Shown here piece after piece: positions 60,701-64,000 of a stretch of 64,000 nucleotides of DNA. This DNA comes from an uncultured bacterium (GTDB taxonomy: Bacteria > Muiribacteriota > CAYSPT01), in assembly GCA_964432985.1 (NCBI GenBank), contig CAYSPT010000011.1, forward strand, positions 21,257 to 85,256, read 5' to 3'. Both the position numbers and the translations under genes were made by a program. The notes under the pieces were generated by a model, which saw only the letters and a program-made list of their open reading frames with translations, made no database searches and had not been told where the DNA came from. Positions within the stretch are counted from its first letter, which is position 1. Each line of letters begins with the position of its first letter.

Positions 60701-60853
60701 AGTGTTGATCTGCACCTGGACCGGTGTGGTGTCGGGAAACGCGTCAATCGGCAGACGGGACAGCGAGTACATCCCGCTCACCGCCAGCAGGAGGGTGAAG
60801 GTGATCACCAGGGAACGGTTGTCAAGCGACCACGATATGATACGTTCGAGCAT
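57749..60853 (-). CDS. heavy-metal efflux RND transporter, CzcA/CusA family
   Basis: 1034 aa with 12-TM RND architecture. HME hallmark AIDFGFIVDSALVMVEN in TM4. Confidence 0.9.
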   Translation of the reverse strand: MLERIISWSLDNRSLVITFTLLLAVSGMYSLSRLPIDAFPDTTPVQVQINTVATALSPREIEQEITFPVEQAISGLPGLAEVRSISKFGLSQVIVIFEDGTDIYFARQLVMEKLMVVSLPEGITRPKMGPVSTGLGEVYHYIVTGQDKSLEELTTIHDWVVKPRLRSVSGVAEVNTWGGKRRQYHVLVDLENLMKYNLALDDVFAALQENNLNVGGGNIVQAGELHLVHGIGLTTSTEEIGNIVIDAYRGTPVRIRDVAVVKIGHEIRRGAATANGRGEVVLGLGFMLMGENSDQVTERLKKRLDEIRMSLPSGVEILPLYDRTDLVRQVLDTVKNNLLEGAVLVVAVLFLFLGNLRAGIIVASAIPLSMCFAFSGMLRLGIAGSLMSLGAIDFGFIVDSALVMVENNVRHLQESTGKRPVMEIVKQASVQVARPTVFAQTINMIVYLPVLALEGIEGKLFRPMSLTILFALSGSVLLICTVLPVMVSYFTPGRMRTAKDRITPLIAWLYRPVVRRTLRNPALFGFIPVIVIAAGIWLAAGIGSEFIPRLSEMGIVINTVRLAGVSVEESVRYGTRIETLIREKFPHEVKNVWVRTGTAEVATDPMGIELSDVFITLAPREEWVRARTQDELTSVLRRELSGLPGMRMIFTQPIEMRVNEMIAGIRTDLGVKIFGDDLEILRTKAMEAEAILRSIPGSTDLYTEQITGQPVLQVRLDQEAIARYGVPARHVLDAVEAIGARHVGEIREGQRRFDLVVRLKEEYRCDTSAVGRILVPSAGGERIPLARLAYIRQVEEPSTITREWQKRRIVIQCNVSGRDIGGFVEEVRRTIEETLALPPGYHVEFGGQFEHLQRAAKRLMIVVPLALLLIFVLLLAATGSTRASCIIFLGPIFAAFGGLTALCLRGMPFTVSAGVGFVIASGVSVLNGLVLIHTIKNRLASGLSVARGIEEGALLRLRPIIMAGLVAVLGFLPMAISTGVGAEVQRPLATVVIGGIIADNVLTLLVLPALYALFGGLRTSQQTVDDKGVAPARV

Positions 60854-60871
60854 ATGAGTCTCCCTCCCCGC

Positions 60872-62413
60872 CTATTGTTTTCCCGGCTCGACTTCGCAGC
60901 AGCCGGCGCCAATGCTTCCTTTTAGTATCTCGGTCTTGAGCAGAAAGCTGCCCGTGGTCACGATTTCCTCACCATCCTTGACGCCGCTTTCCGCCACGTA
61001 GAAGCGATCCGTCTCGTAACCGAGCGTGACCTTGCGTGGTTCGAAGAGGACATCGCTTATCTTCACGAAAACAACATTGCAGCATCCATCCCACTGGACC
61101 GACTCTTTGGGGAGGACCAGCGAGGCTTCGTCCTCCCGAACGATAATGGCTGCTTTTCCGAACATCCCTGAACGCAGCAGACGGTCCTGGTTCTCTATTT
61201 CAGCCCGGACCTTGATTGTTCGCGTGCGGAGGTCCACGTGGGAGCTGATCCAGGTGACCCGGCCGCCGCGGCGTTCGCCGGGAAGTCCTTCAGGCTCAAA
61301 GATCACGTTTTGACCGTCCCGGACCATTGGCAGATCACTTTCGTAGATGTCGAGCATGGCCCACACACGGGACGTGTCGGCGATGCTGACAAGTGGTTGG
61401 CCGGTATCGACGACTTCACCGGCTACCGCGAGACGTTCCACTACCGCCCCGGCGAAAGGAGCCCGGAGGGGAAGCAGCGAAGAAAGGTCCGTTTCCTCCG
61501 GAATGGCCTCGATCTGTTCGTTGGAGAACCCGAGGTTCCTGAGCTGTTGGGCCGCCCGGGAGAGGCTGATGCGGCTTTCGGTAAGCCTGGTTTCGGCCTC
61601 CTGGATTTCCCATTCGGAGGAAGCTTTGTGTTCCAGGAGACGCGCTTCGCGGGCGTGATTTTTCTCCCAGAGACTCACCAGGGCCAGCGCCTGAAGGTAC
61701 TCGGCCTTGGCCGTTCCCAAAGCCACCGAGTCCACCACCGCCAGCGTTTCGCCCTCCACCACCGGCTGGCCCAGGTCCTTGCGGATCTCCCGCACCACAC
61801 CGCCGGCCCGCGACGAGAGGCGCGCGTACCGGCCGGCATCGAAGGCGGTCTCGGCATTGCAGATAATCGTCTGCGTCACCTTCCGGTTCTCGACGAGCGC
61901 ATACTCCAGCCCGGCGGCCCGCGCGATCCCGGGAGAATCGAATTGGACGCGCAAGTCATGGGTCCGACAGGTAACCGAAGGGGATCGTTGACTCCTGGGT
62001 GGTTCGGGAGCCCGGACGAGCCTGATATCGGATGCCGGAGCTTTGCTCTTCTCGCTCACGCTTCCCCCTGGCACCAGATCATGGTTGCAGATCGTGCATT
62101 GCGACTCCGGGATGTCGTGACCAGCGCACCAGTCGCCGATGGCTTTGAAGGCCGTGACGAGGTCAGGAGAGCATTTTGTGCAGAGGGCTTCCGGAACCCC
62201 GTGCCCGTTGCAGAATCCCATTGCATCGATCAGGCTTTCATCACAGAAGGGGCACTTTCCAGATGTCAGCCCATGCGGGCATGCCGCCTCCGTTTCCCTC
62301 TGAACACCGGGTTTCCCGGTGGGTATCCACCCGTGCCTGTCGGCGACGATAATCAGAGAAGCCCCAGCGGCTACAAATATCAGTCCAACCAGTACCGACA
62401 CAAACCTTTTCAT
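60872..62413 (-). CDS. efflux RND periplasmic adaptor (MFP, CzcB/CusB-like) with N-terminal triplicated Cys/His motif module
   Basis: Barrel-sandwich/lipoyl motifs (VVEGETLAVVDS, VDTGQPLVSIAD). The N-terminus has CPHGLTSGKCPFC, CNGHGVPEALCTKC and CAGHDIPESQCTIC. Confidence 0.85.
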   Translation of the reverse strand: MKRFVSVLVGLIFVAAGASLIIVADRHGWIPTGKPGVQRETEAACPHGLTSGKCPFCDESLIDAMGFCNGHGVPEALCTKCSPDLVTAFKAIGDWCAGHDIPESQCTICNHDLVPGGSVSEKSKAPASDIRLVRAPEPPRSQRSPSVTCRTHDLRVQFDSPGIARAAGLEYALVENRKVTQTIICNAETAFDAGRYARLSSRAGGVVREIRKDLGQPVVEGETLAVVDSVALGTAKAEYLQALALVSLWEKNHAREARLLEHKASSEWEIQEAETRLTESRISLSRAAQQLRNLGFSNEQIEAIPEETDLSSLLPLRAPFAGAVVERLAVAGEVVDTGQPLVSIADTSRVWAMLDIYESDLPMVRDGQNVIFEPEGLPGERRGGRVTWISSHVDLRTRTIKVRAEIENQDRLLRSGMFGKAAIIVREDEASLVLPKESVQWDGCCNVVFVKISDVLFEPRKVTLGYETDRFYVAESGVKDGEEIVTTGSFLLKTEILKGSIGAGCCEVEPGKQ

Positions 62414-62416
62414 GGC

Positions 62417-62797
62417 CTACCTCCGGGAATCCTTCGGCAACGCGCCTTTCTTTTCTCCGGGGAGATGCCCACCCGCCAGGCACGGTGCGCATTGGGATTC
62501 AGGGACGCCGTGTCCCGCGCACCAGTCATTCTCCACTTTGAATCCGGCAATCAGGGCTGGATTGCATTGTGCGCACAAGGCCTCGGGGACGCCGTGTTCA
62601 GGGCACTTGCCTTTGCTATTTACCAGGGAAGGATCACACCACGGGCAATCTTTCTCCGCAATCTGGTGTCGGGTGCAAAATTCCTTTGCCTGGACTGCTA
62701 CGGGAGTTTCCTTAAGCGAACGGGTGTAGCGGAGGTACATGAAAGCTCCGCCGGCCCCGACCGCTACCAGAAGCACTGCTATTGCGATTTTTTTCAT
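62417..62797 (-). CDS. small exported protein consisting only of the triplicated Cys/His motif module
   Basis: Signal/anchor MKKIAIAVLLVAVGAGGAF. CTRHQIAEKDCPWC, CPEHGVPEALCAQC and CAGHGVPESQCAPC are paralogous to MFP residues ~44-110. Confidence 0.7.
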   Translation of the reverse strand: MKKIAIAVLLVAVGAGGAFMYLRYTRSLKETPVAVQAKEFCTRHQIAEKDCPWCDPSLVNSKGKCPEHGVPEALCAQCNPALIAGFKVENDWCAGHGVPESQCAPCLAGGHLPGEKKGALPKDSRR

Positions 62798-63001
62798 CTT
62801 GATTCACTCCTTTGTGTTAATTCATTTTCGATTTCTGGCTCCATGATCTCCCACAGGCAAGCTCCGGTCACGTAAATATCTTTAGATGATTCCAGCCCGG
62901 AGAGGCGTGTGGTTTACTAATCAGGAAAAACAAGAACTATCTCCTGCAGGGATATAATAAAAGTATTCACCTGATCAGGGAACAACTGGTATGAAAAGGA
63001 A

Positions 63002-63442
63002 TCAAGCACGGGGAGGGTGGAAAATATCCGTCGGATAGACGGAGAAAAGGTCGCAAACCTGGAAGCCAGGGATTGAACCGGTACGAGCAACGTAGAGAAG
63101 TTTTGCTACAGGGGTGTGAAGCAGAGGCATGCCTTCACAGCAGGACCGTGAGCACTTCGTGCAATCATTCGGGCAACAAGCTCTGCCGTCAGGAACTGTC
63201 TCGCTGGAAAATGTCGCGTACGAAACGGTACCGTGACAGCAAAAAGAAACCGGACTATCACATGGTCCTGCTTCATCAAGCTCACTTGATTCGCGGCAAA
63301 TCCGGCTGTCAGGAAGACTGTCAAGCGTATGGTCGGCAGTCGTGAACGGGAGATGCGCTGCCAGCATACTGGGGACCAGCACCAGGATAATAATCCTGCG
63401 CCAGGATTCATTCCAAAGTCGATAAATAAGTCTGGTCGTCAT
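63002..63442 (-). CDS. small membrane-anchored Cys-rich protein at the head of the efflux operon
   Basis: I prefer the start MTTRLIYRLWNESWRRIIILVLVPSML (the ORF track extends to 63529). Cys-rich core FCCHGT...ACCPNDCTKCSRSCCEG. Confidence 0.45.
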   Translation of the reverse strand: MTTRLIYRLWNESWRRIIILVLVPSMLAAHLPFTTADHTLDSLPDSRICRESSELDEAGPCDSPVSFCCHGTVSYATFSSETVPDGRACCPNDCTKCSRSCCEGMPLLHTPVAKLLYVARTGSIPGFQVCDLFSVYPTDIFHPPRA

Positions 63443-63665
63443 TCTCGTACCCCTAATATGGAACGAAATCTTTTCTGGATAAAGTTCCTTTTCTCTCTTA
63501 GTCTGACAAAAAATTACCAACAATGTCAATAGGTTTTACGGGCTGTATAAGTTATTGTTTGTCAACTTTATCCATTCTGTCAATGTCATTGTATAAAAAT
63601 AATTATTGTGTGTTGTAGTAATTGATGCCAAACTGATGTCAAAATCAGATTTGAGACCCTACCCA

Positions 63666-63685
63666 CCCTATGCGACTGGATTTGA
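63666..63685 (+). repeat. 20-nt recurring motif, copy 3 (ccctatgcgactggatttga)
   Basis: Read directly. Followed by the hairpin aataccc-aaa-gggtatt (63694-63710). Confidence 0.7.
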
Positions 63686-63884
63686 ACCAGCTAAATACCC
63701 AAAGGGTATTCATGCTCAGAAGAACCTAAATGTTCGCAGAACATTAGACCACCCCTTGAACCCCATTCAAACTTCAGCCCTGCACACAGTGGTATACAGT
63801 GATACACAGTGACCTTTCGATTGTATTATCTGGATAGTCTGTATAGTTTGGTACCGGTGTTGCTGCAGTAATTGCTGCAGTACC

Positions 63885-64000
63885 TCAAGGTAAAAGCGAT
63901 TCAATCCAGTCCATGAACCGTTCAACATGCTTTGCCAGGTCACGAGCTTTAGCGGCAGTGCAAATGGTTCCTTCATATTCGATTATATTCTTTGCCGTGA
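63885..64000 (-). CDS. 3' end of a gene running off the window (C-terminal ~37 aa)
   Basis: Frame open from the window edge: ...TAKNIIEYEGTICTAAKARDLAKHVERFMDWIESLLP-TGA (stop at 63885-63887). Unidentifiable. Confidence 0.3.
   Translation of the reverse strand, partial: TAKNIIEYEGTICTAAKARDLAKHVERFMDWIESLLP

Noticed and set aside
61238-62875. 545-aa plus-strand ORF spanning the adaptor and small Cys/His genes
   Set aside because: It lies antisense to two genes with clear family motifs. The translation is Arg/Gly/Pro-rich without domains, and it crosses a gene boundary.
63666-63760. Possible tRNA or tmRNA 3' end on the minus strand (GCTGG-TTCAAAT-CCAGT T-arm followed by CGCATAG)
   Set aside because: No complementary 5' acceptor strand (cgcatag on the plus strand) occurs 65-90 nt away. 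The adjacent hairpin has a 3-nt loop rather than an anticodon loop. The acceptor lacks the G3:U70 needed for tmRNA. Copies 1 and 2 of the motif lack even the T-stem.

Overview
GC-rich bacterial chromosomal fragment with sharply AT-rich pockets. It holds about 45 credible protein genes. I found no rRNA, tRNA, CRISPR array, integrase, transposase or phage structural module. All calls come from reading the sequence and ORF translations by eye; no searches were run.

Layout:
- 0-16 kb: an Smr gene, then a tandemly duplicated glycine-zipper lipoprotein unit. Next is a TPR-sulfotransferase interrupted by a single in-frame TAA. A block of secreted hydrolases follows (M14 carboxypeptidase, two S8 subtilases, a DUF1566-like protein, an EEP nuclease/phosphatase). 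Its intergenic regions carry unusual short tandem-repeat arrays (17 bp x12, 35 bp x3, 17 bp x3 and others).
- 16.8-28.2 kb: one 11.5-kb gene for a 3821-aa lipobox-bearing fibre protein. It has a C-terminal S74-type intramolecular-chaperone domain. It also has five internal modules in which near-identical GC-rich stalk segments alternate with divergent AT-rich C1q/TNF-like heads.
- 28.6-45 kb: cupin, a HAL-family lyase with a natural Ala-Cys-Gly MIO triad, typA, an FkbO-like protein, a PD40/CxxCH protein coupled to a large polytopic membrane protein, a GH13 amylase, a GAF histidine kinase, a C39-like peptidase and a methyltransferase.
- 45.9-53.6 kb: an island bracketed by 208-bp direct repeats that duplicate a promoter/operator and the 5' end of a gene. 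The island holds a radical SAM/SPASM enzyme, kamA(ablA)-ablB, an extra GNAT and an 836-aa tandem KamA-like protein whose second barrel is degenerate.
- 57.7-63.5 kb: an HME-RND efflux operon. Its adaptor protein and a free-standing small protein share a triplicated Cys/His motif module.

The best candidates for something undescribed are the multi-headed fibre gene and the repeat-bracketed beta-amino-acid (aminomutase) island.
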